A program made the position numbers and the translations under genes. A DNA stretch of 64,000 bases from positions 36,075-100,074 of IMG/VR virus record IMGVR_UViG_3300049171_000040. The stretch is one strand, 5' to 3'. This document shows positions 30,276 through 40,631 of this stretch, piece by piece (the first letter of the stretch is position 1; each line of letters starts with the position of its first letter). The notes under the pieces are model-generated. The model worked only from the letters and a program-made list of their open reading frames with translations, had not been told where the DNA came from and did not search any database. The DNA is from a virus.

Positions 30276-30934
30276 TGCGGCGTCACGGAACGCTCAGGCG
30301 CTACAACGAAGGCAAATGCCGCTGTGACCTGTGCTGCGACGCCAAGAGCGTCTACACGGCGAACCGGAAACGGAAGATCGCCTACGGGCAGTGGGAGCCG
30401 TACACCGACGCGGAGTTGATACGCGCACACGTCACTGATCTGGTTGCCCGCGGGATGGCGTACAGCCACATCGCCGCGCTGGCCGGCGTGTCCAAGGAGT
30501 GCGTCACCACCCTCGTCTACGGCTCCGCGAGGAGGGGCCGCCCGCCGTCTTCCCGGCTGCTGAGCGACCGGGCCGCGGCCATTCTCGCCGTCACATTCGA
30601 CCTCGATGCCCTGCCGGACCGGGCCCGCGTCGACGCGACCGGCACACGGAGGCGAGCGCAAGCGCTGGCCGTGCTGGGCCACTCGATCAAGTGGCAGGCC
30701 GGGCAGCTCGGCCGGAGCTGCTCCAACTACCACGATGTGACCGAAGCGTCGAAGGTGTTCGTGATAACGGCCCGGCAGGTCAGGGACCTGTACGCCGAGT
30801 GGGCGATGAGGCCGCCGCCGGAGTCGCACGGCGCGAAGGTCGCCCGCACGTACGCCCTGCGGAAGGGGTGGGTGTCGCCGTTCGCGTGGGACGACATCGA
30901 CGACCCCGCGGCCAAGCCTGTGGGGGTGGCGTGA
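30275..30934 (+). CDS. Multi-HTH phage protein (paralog 3)
   Basis: HGT...Y...CRC..C; DATGTRRRAQAL; PFAWDDIDDP. Confidence 0.7.
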   Translation: MRRHGTLRRYNEGKCRCDLCCDAKSVYTANRKRKIAYGQWEPYTDAELIRAHVTDLVARGMAYSHIAALAGVSKECVTTLVYGSARRGRPPSSRLLSDRAAAILAVTFDLDALPDRARVDATGTRRRAQALAVLGHSIKWQAGQLGRSCSNYHDVTEASKVFVITARQVRDLYAEWAMRPPPESHGAKVARTYALRKGWVSPFAWDDIDDPAAKPVGVA

Positions 30935-31173
30935 TGGCCGACTGGCGGCACCACGCCGCATGCAAGGACCTGCCGCCTGACCTGTTCTTCTCTGACGGGA
31001 AACCCTTCCGGGAAGCGGTAGATGCCTGCTCTGGGTGCGAGGTCGTCATCCCCTGCTTCTTCAACGCCATCCGGACTCCGGGGCTGGGCTACCAGGCGGG
31101 CATGTCTTCGGCGGAACGTATCCGGGTCCGCAGGTGGGATCGTCAAGCCCGAGCCAGAGCGAGCGTCTCATGA
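30934..31173 (+). CDS. Second, divergent WhiB-family protein
   Basis: WRHHAACK..PPDLFF...C.GC.V...C...G.QAG....ER. Confidence 0.75.
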   Translation: MADWRHHAACKDLPPDLFFSDGKPFREAVDACSGCEVVIPCFFNAIRTPGLGYQAGMSSAERIRVRRWDRQARARASVS

Positions 31174-31595
31174 CCGCCCCGCACTGGACCATGTTCACCC
31201 TCGCCGGTGCGCGCATCGGCCGGCGCACCGGGCAGGCGACCGCGGCGGCCGAGCTCGGCGTCGGGCTTTCAACGCTCGGCGCGTGCGAGCGCGGCCAGCG
31301 CCAGCCGTCGGTGCAGTTCGTCGCCACGTACTCGGCTTATCTCGGCTACTGCCTCGTCGTGATCGGCGAAGGCGTGCTGCTGGCCGAGGGAGACGTCGGG
31401 CCGTGCCTGCGCACGCTGCGCCTCGCCGCTGGGCTGGACCGCTCCGAGATGGCGTCCCGCCTCCATCTGTCAGGGCCCGGCGTGAACATGCTGGAGCGGC
31501 GCGGCCCGTCGGTGCGGATCGGCCGGTTCGAGGAGTGCGTCACGGCGTGCGGCTACCGGCTCGGATTACGGCAAGAGCCAGGTGAGACGCCGTGA
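31170..31595 (+). CDS. Tandem XRE HTH protein
   Basis: Two HTH repeats. Confidence 0.7.
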   Translation: MTAPHWTMFTLAGARIGRRTGQATAAAELGVGLSTLGACERGQRQPSVQFVATYSAYLGYCLVVIGEGVLLAEGDVGPCLRTLRLAAGLDRSEMASRLHLSGPGVNMLERRGPSVRIGRFEECVTACGYRLGLRQEPGETP

Positions 31596-31761
31596 CCCGC
31601 GAGGACTTGGCAGCCGAGAACAAGAGGCTTCGCGAGGCGCTCCAGGAGATCGCCGAACGGACCATGCAGGCGGACCTGAACCGGCTCGCTCACGAAGCGC
31701 TCGGACACAGGCCGCGGCCGTTCACTCTGCTGCTCCTCGCCGAGTTGAGGCGGGAGGAGCG

Positions 31762-31941
31762 GTGACCCAGACGAAGAACCGCGGATGCGCCCGGAAGGTC
31801 CGCCACACCACCTACGAGCAGGCCCTCGACCACCTGATGCACAAGGTCCGGTGGGGCGCGTACATGCCGAGGCTCAACGTGTACGCCTGCCGGTTCTGTG
31901 GCGGGTGGCACGTCGGGTTCCGGCCTAGGAGGCGGAGATGA
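31762..31941 (+). CDS. Small Zn-finger phage protein
   Basis: C..K.RH...A...Y.C.FCGGWHVG. Confidence 0.65.
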   Translation: MTQTKNRGCARKVRHTTYEQALDHLMHKVRWGAYMPRLNVYACRFCGGWHVGFRPRRRR

Positions 31942-31943
31942 GA

Positions 31944-32189
31944 TCAGGAGTCGGGGGAGTGCTCAGGTGGGGTGCGCTTCGGCCGGCGGCCCGGCTTCCG
32001 GTCGCCGATGGCCCGATTGATGATCTTCCCGATGTAGTCCGGGTTGTAGGCGAAGTTGATCGTCTTGGCTATCTCGACGGTTGTCTCGCCACGCTTGCCA
32101 GCCTCGACGATCGCGGCGCGCAGCCTCTGGGGCGCTGCCACGAACATGGCTGCCGCCTCTTCGAGCTCGGTCTTCACGTCGTCATCCAC
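31944..32189 (-). CDS. Small HTH protein divergent from the replication operon
   Basis: LRAAIVEA...G.TTVEIAK...YNPDYIGKII. Confidence 0.6.
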   Translation of the reverse strand: MDDDVKTELEEAAAMFVAAPQRLRAAIVEAGKRGETTVEIAKTINFAYNPDYIGKIINRAIGDRKPGRRPKRTPPEHSPDS

Positions 32190-32372
32190 CTTTCCAGGTT
32201 CTCATCTTCCCGATACCACACCCTGATCATAAATCCTGTCGCTTATCAGGGAAGTGATATCCTGATGTCAAAGCAGGAAAGATGGAAGGGTGTCACCGGG
32301 AGGGAAGGGGCCGCACGAAGACGGGCCCCGCTCCGGACCGCATGAACTACTAGATCAACTGGAGCAAGGCGA

Positions 32373-33305
32373 GTGGCCTGGGTCCGTTACGACGATCAGT
32401 TCCATATGCACCTGAAGGTCACGGCGGTGATCGCCGAGGACGCGGGCGCCATTGCTCTGCACGTGCTCGGAAATACCTGGAGCAACACACAGAAGCTTCC
32501 CGGCTTCATCCCTATCCACCAGCCCGGCATGCTCCTCTGCGACAAGCGGAAGGGCAGCAAGTGGGCGGCCCTCCTGGTGAAGCACGGACTCTGGCACCGA
32601 CGAGGCGAGGAGTGCGACGAGTGCCGCGAGGAGTACGCGCACCTGACTGACGGCATTGACGGATTCGTCGTGCACAACGCAAAGGAGTACAGGGCTCCGG
32701 CGCGCGACCGCACCACGCCCGGAACGCCGTCCGACCTGTCGGAGAAGCGCAGGCAGGCAGGCAGGGCAGGAGGTAAGGCGAGCGCGGCCAGGCGCGAGCA
32801 AGTCAAGCAAGGTGCCGAAGCAAGTCAAGCAAATGGCGTGAGCAAAACCAGCAACTTGCTGCCTGCTGGCGTGAGCCCCGTAGTTAATGCTTCTAACGAA
32901 GCATTAACACCCGATCCCGAACCCGAACCAAAAGACTCTTCGTCGTCGGCTCCGCCGCCCGACCAGGAGGCCACGGGTCGAGACGATGTCGAACGAGTCT
33001 GTGACCACCTCGCCGACCGCATCGAGGCCAACGGATCCAAGCGCCCCAACGTCGGCAAGGGCTGGCGCGACGCCGCCCGGCTGCTGATGGACCTTGACGG
33101 CAAGTCCGAGCGCCAGGTCCACAACATGATCGATTGGTGCCAGAACGACGAGTTCTGGCGAGGCAACGTCCTGTCGATGCCCAAGCTCCGCGAGAAGTAC
33201 GACCAGATGCGGCTACGCGCCGAAGGGCCCACCGCGAAACAGGCGTCACCCGGCTCAAACCCGAAGCAGTTCACCGAGGAGGACTACCTTGCTGGATGGA
33301 AATAG
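32373..33305 (+). CDS. Phage replication initiator
   Basis: MAWVRYDD.F..H.KV N-terminus; IDWCQ.D.FW..NVLSM.KLR.KYD C-terminus; upstream of a DnaC-like gene. Confidence 0.8.
   Translation: MAWVRYDDQFHMHLKVTAVIAEDAGAIALHVLGNTWSNTQKLPGFIPIHQPGMLLCDKRKGSKWAALLVKHGLWHRRGEECDECREEYAHLTDGIDGFVVHNAKEYRAPARDRTTPGTPSDLSEKRRQAGRAGGKASAARREQVKQGAEASQANGVSKTSNLLPAGVSPVVNASNEALTPDPEPEPKDSSSSAPPPDQEATGRDDVERVCDHLADRIEANGSKRPNVGKGWRDAARLLMDLDGKSERQVHNMIDWCQNDEFWRGNVLSMPKLREKYDQMRLRAEGPTAKQASPGSNPKQFTEEDYLAGWK
32797..32908. repeat. Putative replication origin: iterons plus AT-rich palindrome
   Basis: AGCAAGTCAAGCAA at 32797 and 32819, variant at 32841; gttaatgcttc-taac-gaagcattaac at 32883-32908. Confidence 0.7.
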
Positions 33306-33927
33306 CACTCCCGAGTTCGGCCCGAACAGTGACCCGGAGGAGTACCGTCTCCACCTGCTCGATCAGGCGATCATGGCGGCGATCCCGCCCCGGTTCCGTG
33401 CGCCGATCGACCTGCCCAAGGCTGTACAGGAGTGGGCCGACAAGGGCCGCGACGCGGGCGGCCTCTACCTGACCGGCCCGGTGGGGGTAGGCAAAACTCA
33501 CGCAGCGTACGCCGCGCTCGCCGCTTGGTGCAGGACGACCGGCGTCGTCCCCCAGCCGGGCGGGGTCAGCCACAACTACGGTGTGACCAGCCGATACCGC
33601 CCGACCGTCCACACCGTGCGGGCCACGACCCTGCTCGATCAGCTCAGGCCCGGCGTTGAGGACGCCCGCGAGGTCGTCGCCGACTGCCAGCGCGTCAAGC
33701 TGCTCTACATCGACGACCTCGCCGCCGAGAAGCCATCGGAGTGGACGCAGGAGCGCCTGTACGAGGTCATCGACGAGAGATACGTCGGCTGCATGTCTCT
33801 GATCGTCACGTCGAACCTGCCGCCTAAGGCCCTCGCTGAGCATGTAGGGGAGCGCACCGCGTCCCGTCTCGCTGAAATGTGCACCGTGGTTCCGCTGACT
33901 GGCACGGACCGCCGCAGGCCGTCATGA
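33289..33927 (+). CDS. DnaC/IstB-like ATPase helicase loader
   Basis: GPVGVGKT, LLYIDDL, VTSN, R..SRL.EM, G.DRR. Confidence 0.9.
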   Translation: MLDGNSTPEFGPNSDPEEYRLHLLDQAIMAAIPPRFRAPIDLPKAVQEWADKGRDAGGLYLTGPVGVGKTHAAYAALAAWCRTTGVVPQPGGVSHNYGVTSRYRPTVHTVRATTLLDQLRPGVEDAREVVADCQRVKLLYIDDLAAEKPSEWTQERLYEVIDERYVGCMSLIVTSNLPPKALAEHVGERTASRLAEMCTVVPLTGTDRRRPS

Positions 33928-34345
33928 GCTACGACGAGAGCGACCTCGACAAGGACCACCACAAGCCGTGCCCGTGGCCGTCGTGCCACTGCACCCACCA
34001 GGGCTGCATCAACGGGTGGATCGACAAGACCGACGACGACGGAGAGCGCGCCATCCCGTGCGTCACCTGCCGCCCCGAGGTCGCCGCCCACTTCCGCAAG
34101 CCCGCACCGATGCGCCGTCTCCGCTCCGAGTTACTCCACCTGGACCGGCCATCCCGGCACACGAAGAAGGACGGCCCGTGGTGATCGACGACTTCGCCGA
34201 CCGTCTCCGCCTCCTGGAGGCGGAGCGGCTCCGGCCGGAGTCCCTGCGGCCGGCGGACCCGTGGCCGCTCCTGATCGGGACGCTCCACCGGCTGCTAACC
34301 GATCCGGGACTACCTGACACCGAGACCACCGAGGAGAGCTGACCG

Positions 34346-35437
34346 ATGGCAGACAAGACCAAGATCGAGTGGAGCGATGCCACATGGAACCCCGTGACCG
34401 GATGCACCCGCGTGTCGCCCGGCTGTGGCACGCCTCGCTTCGAGGGTGACAAGCCTGGCGGCTGCTACGCCGAGGCGCTCGCCGAGCGGTTCCGGGGGAC
34501 ATCCGGCCACTACTACGAGCACGGGTTCGATGTACAACTGCGCCCCGACATGCTCGACCGGCCGCTGCGCTGGAAGAAGCCCCGCCTGATCTTCGTGAAC
34601 TCGATGAGCGACCTCTTCCACGACAGCATCCCGGACGACTACATCGCCCGGGTCTTCGCCGTGATGGCGGTGGCCAAGCAGCACACGTTTCAGGTGCTTA
34701 CCAAACGCCACGGGCGGATGCGGTCCCTGCTCAACAGCGGCCATTTCGTGGCGAAGGTGTGGGGTGAGGTCGACAAGCGTGCTCCTGGCGTCGGTGCGCA
34801 AGCAGTCATGATGTGGCCCTCCATGCCGCTTCCGAACGTCTGGATCGGCGTCTCCGTCGAGTCGCAGCAGTGGGCCGACATCCGCATCCCACCCCTGCTG
34901 GAGACCCCGGCCGCTGTCCGCTGGATCTCGGCGGAACCGCTACTCGGCCCTGTGGATCTGGACGAGTGGTTGCCCTGCGTCTTCTGCACCGCTGGCGTCG
35001 TCGAGGATCAGAACTGGTCCCCGGAGTTCCCGAGACACCGCCGATCGATCGGGGACGGTTACATCCCGTGCGCGGCTTGCAACCTGGGCAACTGGGAGGA
35101 GCGCACCCGCCCGGCGCTCTCGTGGATAGTCGCGGGTGGTGAGTCCGGACCCGGCGCTCGCCCGATGCACCCGGAGTGGGCGCGTTCCCTCCGGGACCAG
35201 TGCCAGCAGGCCAGCGTCCCGTTCCTGTTCAAGCAGTGGGGCGCGTGGGTGCCCAGCGAGGGCACTTCGCAGTACCCGTACCGCGATGGCGCCTACGCCT
35301 GGATCATGCCTGACGGTTCGCCGGGCGAGCCCGGCGCCCACGGTGGAGTGTCGATGTGCCGTGTCAGCAAGAAGTACGCCGGCCGCGAGCTGGACGGGCG
35401 CACCTGGGATGAGTTCCCTCAGGCGGTTTCGGCATGA
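34346..35437 (+). CDS. Phage Gp37/Gp68 (DUF5131) protein
   Basis: IEW.DATWNPVTGC, CYAE, FVNSMSDLFH, LTKR, GGESG, FFKQWG-like. Confidence 0.92.
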   Translation: MADKTKIEWSDATWNPVTGCTRVSPGCGTPRFEGDKPGGCYAEALAERFRGTSGHYYEHGFDVQLRPDMLDRPLRWKKPRLIFVNSMSDLFHDSIPDDYIARVFAVMAVAKQHTFQVLTKRHGRMRSLLNSGHFVAKVWGEVDKRAPGVGAQAVMMWPSMPLPNVWIGVSVESQQWADIRIPPLLETPAAVRWISAEPLLGPVDLDEWLPCVFCTAGVVEDQNWSPEFPRHRRSIGDGYIPCAACNLGNWEERTRPALSWIVAGGESGPGARPMHPEWARSLRDQCQQASVPFLFKQWGAWVPSEGTSQYPYRDGAYAWIMPDGSPGEPGAHGGVSMCRVSKKYAGRELDGRTWDEFPQAVSA

Positions 35438-35934
35438 AGGCGCTGACCGTGAAGCAGCCGTGGACGTGGGCCATCGCCCACGGCCAGAAGACGATCGAGA
35501 ACCGCACCTGGAACACGACGTACCGGGGACCGCTCGCCATCCACGCAGGGCTCGCCTGGGACAAGGACGGCGCCCGCGACCAGCGGGTGATTCGCGCCGT
35601 CATCAAGTACGGCCAGCCGAACGGCTACTTGATGCCCTCCTGCGTGCTCCCCGACGTCGACCGGTTCGCTCTCGGCGCGATCGTGGCCGTGGTCGACCTG
35701 GTGGACGTCTGCGAGGCGCAGGAGTGGCCGAGCGTGCCGTGCGAGTGCGGCCCGTGGGCGGCCACCGGGCAGCGCCACTGGAAGCTCGCCAACGTCCGCG
35801 TGTTGCCCGAGACGGTCTCGTGCAAGGGGCGGCTGGGGCTGTGGGACCTCACGCCCAAGGGTGAGGAGCCGTCCGAGGTCGAACGGCGGGTGCTCGCTCA
35901 GCTTCGGGAGTTCCCTGAGGCGGTGACCGCGTGA
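35434..35934 (+). CDS. ASCH-domain protein
   Basis: KALTVKQPW..AI..G.K.IENR.W...YRGPLAIHAG. Confidence 0.9.
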   Translation: MKALTVKQPWTWAIAHGQKTIENRTWNTTYRGPLAIHAGLAWDKDGARDQRVIRAVIKYGQPNGYLMPSCVLPDVDRFALGAIVAVVDLVDVCEAQEWPSVPCECGPWAATGQRHWKLANVRVLPETVSCKGRLGLWDLTPKGEEPSEVERRVLAQLREFPEAVTA

Positions 35935-36299
35935 CCTCGAAGCCGCCGCTACCGGCCGGACTGTTCGACTCGTGGCCCCGCGTCGAGATCGACGAGGGCG
36001 ACGGGAGCCCGTTCGCCCGGTTGGTCCGGACGGGCAGCGGCGCGGCTAACGCGTGGATTCTCGGTCCTGATGGCCCGTACGCGAAGCCGGGCATGCCGAT
36101 GGCGGAAATCATCCGTGCCGCTGTCCGGGAGTCGCTGCTGCATCTGCTGGAGCTTGGGCTGCTCGACATCGACGTGGAGCGGCTGGAGGCGGCGAAGGGC
36201 TATCCGGGAGGGCGGAGCGACTTCCGGGACGACGGGGCGGTCTCGGCGGCGGGCGGTGATGTCCCAGCAGCCACGCCAGCAACGCCGCTGGATCGCTGA
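35931..36299 (+). CDS. Hypothetical protein
   Basis: Coupled ORF. Confidence 0.5.
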   Translation: MTSKPPLPAGLFDSWPRVEIDEGDGSPFARLVRTGSGAANAWILGPDGPYAKPGMPMAEIIRAAVRESLLHLLELGLLDIDVERLEAAKGYPGGRSDFRDDGAVSAAGGDVPAATPATPLDR

Positions 36300-36448
36300 G
36301 ACGGCTCTCCGGTATCCGCGTTAGACCCCCACCCCGGATGGGTCGTTAGCGGCACGCTCAGCGCTGCGAGGCGAACACCCGCCCGATAAATGATCTACAT
36401 CTTGCAATCAAGATCCGTAGTTCGATCCTCTACTCGAAGGACTCCCCA

Positions 36449-37225
36449 GTGCTTGACATGCGAATGGTCGACCTCCGAAAGATCAACTCGGTCACGAAGT
36501 ACCCGTCGATCCCGACCCACCACGCCCTCGACAAGGCCAACGGCGGACTCCTCGAAGAGCCCACCGCCTACACCGGCACGGTGATCGGTACCGAGAAGGT
36601 CGACGGCACCAACGGGCGGGTCATCCTCACCCCGGACGAGACGTGGCTGATCGGCTCCCGAGAGGACCTGCTCACCGCGTCCGGTGACCTCGTTCACAAC
36701 CCGGCGCTTGGCATCGTCGAAGCACTGCGCGATGTGGCAGAGAAGGCCGCGTCGGCGACGCTCACCGGCTGGGACGAGATCGTCGTGCTGTACCTGGAGG
36801 TGTACGGCTCCAAGCACCTCCCCGCGTGGAAGCACTACGGGACAGGGCAGGCCACCTGCCGGCTGTTCGACGTGGCATCCATCCCCGTGGACATGCTGTC
36901 CATGGACGTCGCCGAGATCTCCGCCTGGCGGCAGCGCGGCGGGCAGACGTTCGTCGAAGAGGCCGGCCTCGTCGAAGTCGCGGCACTGATCGGCGTCGAC
37001 CTGACGCCGCGCCTGTTCGAGATCGACGGCTCCGACCTCCCTGCCGACGTCGAAGGCATGCGGGCGTTCATGGACGACTACCGCACCACCCAGGTCACCA
37101 CCTCCGGCGAGCCCGGCCTGAACGAGGGCGTCGTGCTGCGAGCCCCGGACCGGTCCGTGATCTCCAAGGCGCGGTTCCAGGACTACGACCGCACTTTGAA
37201 GCGGCGCGCGAAGACCTCCCGCTGA
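36449..37225 (+). CDS. RNA ligase (Rnl2-like nucleotidyltransferase)
   Basis: KYPSI, TEKVDGTN (motif I), EVYG, LFDV, EGVV (IV), K.R (V). Confidence 0.82.
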   Translation: MLDMRMVDLRKINSVTKYPSIPTHHALDKANGGLLEEPTAYTGTVIGTEKVDGTNGRVILTPDETWLIGSREDLLTASGDLVHNPALGIVEALRDVAEKAASATLTGWDEIVVLYLEVYGSKHLPAWKHYGTGQATCRLFDVASIPVDMLSMDVAEISAWRQRGGQTFVEEAGLVEVAALIGVDLTPRLFEIDGSDLPADVEGMRAFMDDYRTTQVTTSGEPGLNEGVVLRAPDRSVISKARFQDYDRTLKRRAKTSR

Positions 37226-37281
37226 CCTCCTGGCCCGCCCTTCTCTGGGCGGGCTACCAACCCCGAAAGGCAAGATCACCG

Positions 37282-38001
37282 ATGAGCTACTTCACGGCAA
37301 ATCTGACTCCGGTCGAGGAAGAGATCCGCGACGAGCGGGCACGTCAGGACGCCAAGTGGGGCGAGCAGAACCACCCCGATCTCGATCCCACCGACATCGA
37401 CATCGTCGCCCGCAACGTGTACGCCTTCCGCGCCAAGCGCTGGCAGGAGATCAACGCAGAGCGCGCCGAGCCCACCGTCACGACCCGGTGCCGCGTGTGT
37501 CCTGAAGGCGACACCCCGCACAAGCACACCGCGTGGGACGGCGTGCTGCTGGAGGAGGTCTACGAGGCGCTCGCCGAGCCCGACCCGGACAAGCGCCGCG
37601 ATGAGCTGATCCAGGTCGCCGCCGTCGCTGTCGCCTACATCGAGGCGCTCGACCGCCGCACGTCGACAGGCGCGCCGATCCGGCTCCTGAACGCCGCAGG
37701 GAGTCACACCTGCCAGGGGCTGAAGATCTGGGAACTCGGCGACGAAGGTGGCCACGTCATCGCCTTAGGCCACGTCCACAAGGAGTGGCTGGCGTCGGCG
37801 ATCCTCACCCTCCACGAGGACGTCCACGACGCTCCGCTGGACCAGGTGATGCTCACCGACATCCGGCACACCACGGCGCGGGTCGAGGACGACCCCGGCG
37901 GCCGGTTCGACTTCGTCACCCGCACGGGCGACGGGCTCGACTTCAACGTCACCGAGTGGCGTCAGGGTTCGGCCAAGGACTCTCCGGAGGCCGTCCGATG
38001 A
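37282..38001 (+). CDS. MazG-like NTP pyrophosphohydrolase domain protein
   Basis: ER.RQ..KWGEQNH; LLEEVYEA...ELIQVAAVAVA.IE. Confidence 0.65.
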   Translation: MSYFTANLTPVEEEIRDERARQDAKWGEQNHPDLDPTDIDIVARNVYAFRAKRWQEINAERAEPTVTTRCRVCPEGDTPHKHTAWDGVLLEEVYEALAEPDPDKRRDELIQVAAVAVAYIEALDRRTSTGAPIRLLNAAGSHTCQGLKIWELGDEGGHVIALGHVHKEWLASAILTLHEDVHDAPLDQVMLTDIRHTTARVEDDPGGRFDFVTRTGDGLDFNVTEWRQGSAKDSPEAVR

Positions 38002-38329
38002 TCATCGAACCGGTCGTCTCCGTGATCCTGCACTGCTCCCGCTGCAACACCGCCCTGCTCGACACCGAGACGGAGTCACCCGCCTGCTGGGCCAGCGAGC
38101 AGACCATCGCCGAGGAGTTCCGCAAGGCCGCGGGCGAGGACGTCGTGGGATGGCGACGCGACGGCGACCGCTACCTCTGCGAGGACTGCCACATCGTGGA
38201 CGGCGGGCGCGTGGTTGAGAAGGAGCCGCTTCGCCCTGTCGAGCAGATGACCACGCTGCGTATGCAGCAGACGTACGCCTGGCGGGTCGACCAGCTCACC
38301 GCCTACCTCGGACCTGCGGAGGCCACCCG

Positions 38330-38830
38330 ATGAGCGTCGAGGCTCACCTGTTCAACGCGATCCTGCCAGCGCTCAAGGCGGTCGACATGTGGGCGCCGCT
38401 GCGGAACCGGCAGGAGATCGCCGACACGATCGGCTCATACCTGGACGACCACGGGATCGTCCTCACGCATGCCATGAGCAGTGACGGGCCCGCCCTGCGG
38501 TGCTGTCTCGTGCCCGGCTGCTTGGCCCAGTACGACGCCATCGCGGCTCTCAAGGGCGCTCAGCCGGCCCGCCCGTCGTGGTCCTCGGAGGGCTGGCGGA
38601 TCCTGCGCTCGGGGACGGTGTTCCCGGCTGGAGGTCACGTCTGCCCGGAGCACGCCGCCGCCGTGATCGAGCACCTGCCACGCCGAGTCTCCGACGGCAT
38701 GGAGTGGGTTCAAGCCGTGTGCGACTGCGGCGGATGGACGTCGCCTCGTCTCAGGTGGCATGGCGCGGCCCGTGGCCTGTGGGAGGAGCACCTGATCGAC
38801 GCTGCAGGACTGTGGGAGGGCGGCCGGTGA
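38330..38830 (+). CDS. Hypothetical Cys-rich protein
   Basis: Coupled ORF. Confidence 0.55.
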   Translation: MSVEAHLFNAILPALKAVDMWAPLRNRQEIADTIGSYLDDHGIVLTHAMSSDGPALRCCLVPGCLAQYDAIAALKGAQPARPSWSSEGWRILRSGTVFPAGGHVCPEHAAAVIEHLPRRVSDGMEWVQAVCDCGGWTSPRLRWHGAARGLWEEHLIDAAGLWEGGR

Positions 38831-39785
38831 GCGGCGAAGACCAGCGCTACCGCGAGATCAAAACGAAGCTAACCGCCGCATCGTCGCAGGCTCTCGGAGA
38901 GTTGACCGCCCGAAACGGCGACTCCGAGACCGACACCGTCAACCGGGCTCTCCAGATCTACGCCTACATCGAAGCGGAGCGGGCGGCAGGGCGGCAGATC
39001 CTCATCGAAGACCAGGGAGAGTTGAATGTCCTCCGATACGCCTGACCTCCGCAAGCGGTACGCCGAAGCGCTCGCCGAGAAGTTCACGCGACCGATCCAC
39101 CGCGTCCGCGAACTCCACACCCCCGAAGACGTCGAGTTCGCCCGAGGGCCAGACCCGAGCCTCGGAGAGACGAGGGATGTGAAGTACCTGAAGAAGTGCT
39201 GCTCGCACTGCCGCGATGACGACTACGGCTCGCCCGTCGCGTGGCCCTGCCCGACAATCCGCGCCCTGGACGAAGAGGCGAGCCATGGATGACGAAACCC
39301 CGTACGGCGTCCCGTTCGCCGACCTCACCCACGAGCAGCAGGTCGAGTGGATGGCCAAGGGCGACGGCTCCGAGTACTTCGCTGCAGCGTACGCGTGGGG
39401 GCTGGAGGTGGCCCGCGAGGACATCGCCCGTAGGGAGGCGAGGGCCCGCCGCGAGTTCTGGGCTCGCTTCCGCCGCGCTCTGTGGCCGTTCGGGAGGCGT
39501 CGTGCCTGATCCGCTGCTCCTCTTCGGCGCATTCGCCGCCGGCTACCTGCTGGGCCGTACCCGCCCGATCCGCAGCGTCCGGGAGTGGGCGTGGTGGTCC
39601 ATCCAGACGTACGGCCGCCGCCACGCGTCCACACCGCAGACTCTGGTCGCGCTGGTGCTGTGGCCCGGTATCGCGTGGAAGGCGTTCCGGGCGTGGCGAC
39701 GCAACGACCCGTCAGCATCCCGCCTGGCCGCCGCTCCGAAGCTCGACGAGAAGTGGCAGGCCAAGCTCGACGAGGGCCGCGAGCC

Positions 39786-40016
39786 GTGACCCTGTTCGCC
39801 GACGAGCCCACCGAACCGGCACCGGGCGAGCACTCCGCCCGGTGCCGGCGCTGCCGACGAGAACTGACGGACGCCGAGTCGCTGGGCTACTCGATCGGCC
39901 CGGTGTGCCGTCAACGCTTGGGGATCACGTCGGGTCCTCGCGTGGTGCGTCTGGCGAGGGTCCGTCCGTGTGGGGACTGCGACGGGCAAGGCGACCTGCT
40001 GGGGGAGGAGACGTGA
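39786..40016 (+). CDS. DUF6011-like protein
   Basis: C.RC.R.LTD.ES...IGPVC. Confidence 0.75.
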   Translation: MTLFADEPTEPAPGEHSARCRRCRRELTDAESLGYSIGPVCRQRLGITSGPRVVRLARVRPCGDCDGQGDLLGEET

Positions 40017-40020
40017 CCGG

Positions 40021-40278
40021 TCAGGTGTCGGTTCGGATCTTGTTCGTCCGCACCATCCAGGCGTGGATGTCCGTCCACTTCCATGCGGGTTGGCCGGACA
40101 CGGTGCCTACGGGGTCGGGCATGCATTCCTCGCCTTGCCGTCGTTGGGGTTTGCCTTCGGCGATCCAGGCTTTGCGCCGGTAGTTCCACTGGTTGACGGT
40201 CTCGCGGCGCACGGTAAGGCCGTGCTCTGCGGCGCGGGTGACGATCTCTGTGGCTCCGACGATGTCGAGGGCAGTCAT
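40021..40278 (-). CDS. Small DNA-binding (AlpA/excisionase-like) regulator
   Basis: VG..EI...V.RETV.QW...MPDP....G.P.W....I..W. Confidence 0.7.
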   Translation of the reverse strand: MTALDIVGATEIVTRAAEHGLTVRRETVNQWNYRRKAWIAEGKPQRRQGEECMPDPVGTVSGQPAWKWTDIHAWMVRTNKIRTDT

Positions 40279-40286
40279 TCGCCCAC

Positions 40287-40374
40287 TGTAGCGCACCGCC
40301 CTTCAATAACGGATAGGTCTCGATCAGGATTATTGAGCATCACTGCTTACGGTCAGCGTTGGTAGTGCGCTACA
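40287..40374. promoter_or_regulatory. Divergent promoter with nested inverted repeats
   Basis: TGTAGCGCAC (40287) / GTGCGCTACA (40365); TCAATAA (40303) / TTATTGA (40330). Confidence 0.65.
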
Positions 40375-40409
40375 TTTCTATCAACAGCAGCGAGCAGGGG
40401 AGAAGGCAA

Positions 40410-40622
40410 ATGACCACCGCCCAGAAGATCGAGAACCTAACCGAGAAGGCCGTGGCCCTGGGCGGCGACGACATGCGCTACCTGCTCGACCAGCTCGCCG
40501 AGCTCAACAGGACGGACGGCGCAGAGGACCTGCTCATCGACCTCCGCGACGCTCAGGTGATCGGCCCCGAGGCGATCGAGTTCGCCGCCGACAACAACGG
40601 AGTGCGCATCCCCCGCCGCTAG
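40410..40622 (+). CDS. Hypothetical protein
   Basis: First gene of the cassette; RBS ggggag. Confidence 0.65.
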   Translation: MTTAQKIENLTEKAVALGGDDMRYLLDQLAELNRTDGAEDLLIDLRDAQVIGPEAIEFAADNNGVRIPRR

Positions 40623-40631
40623 CAGACCTCC

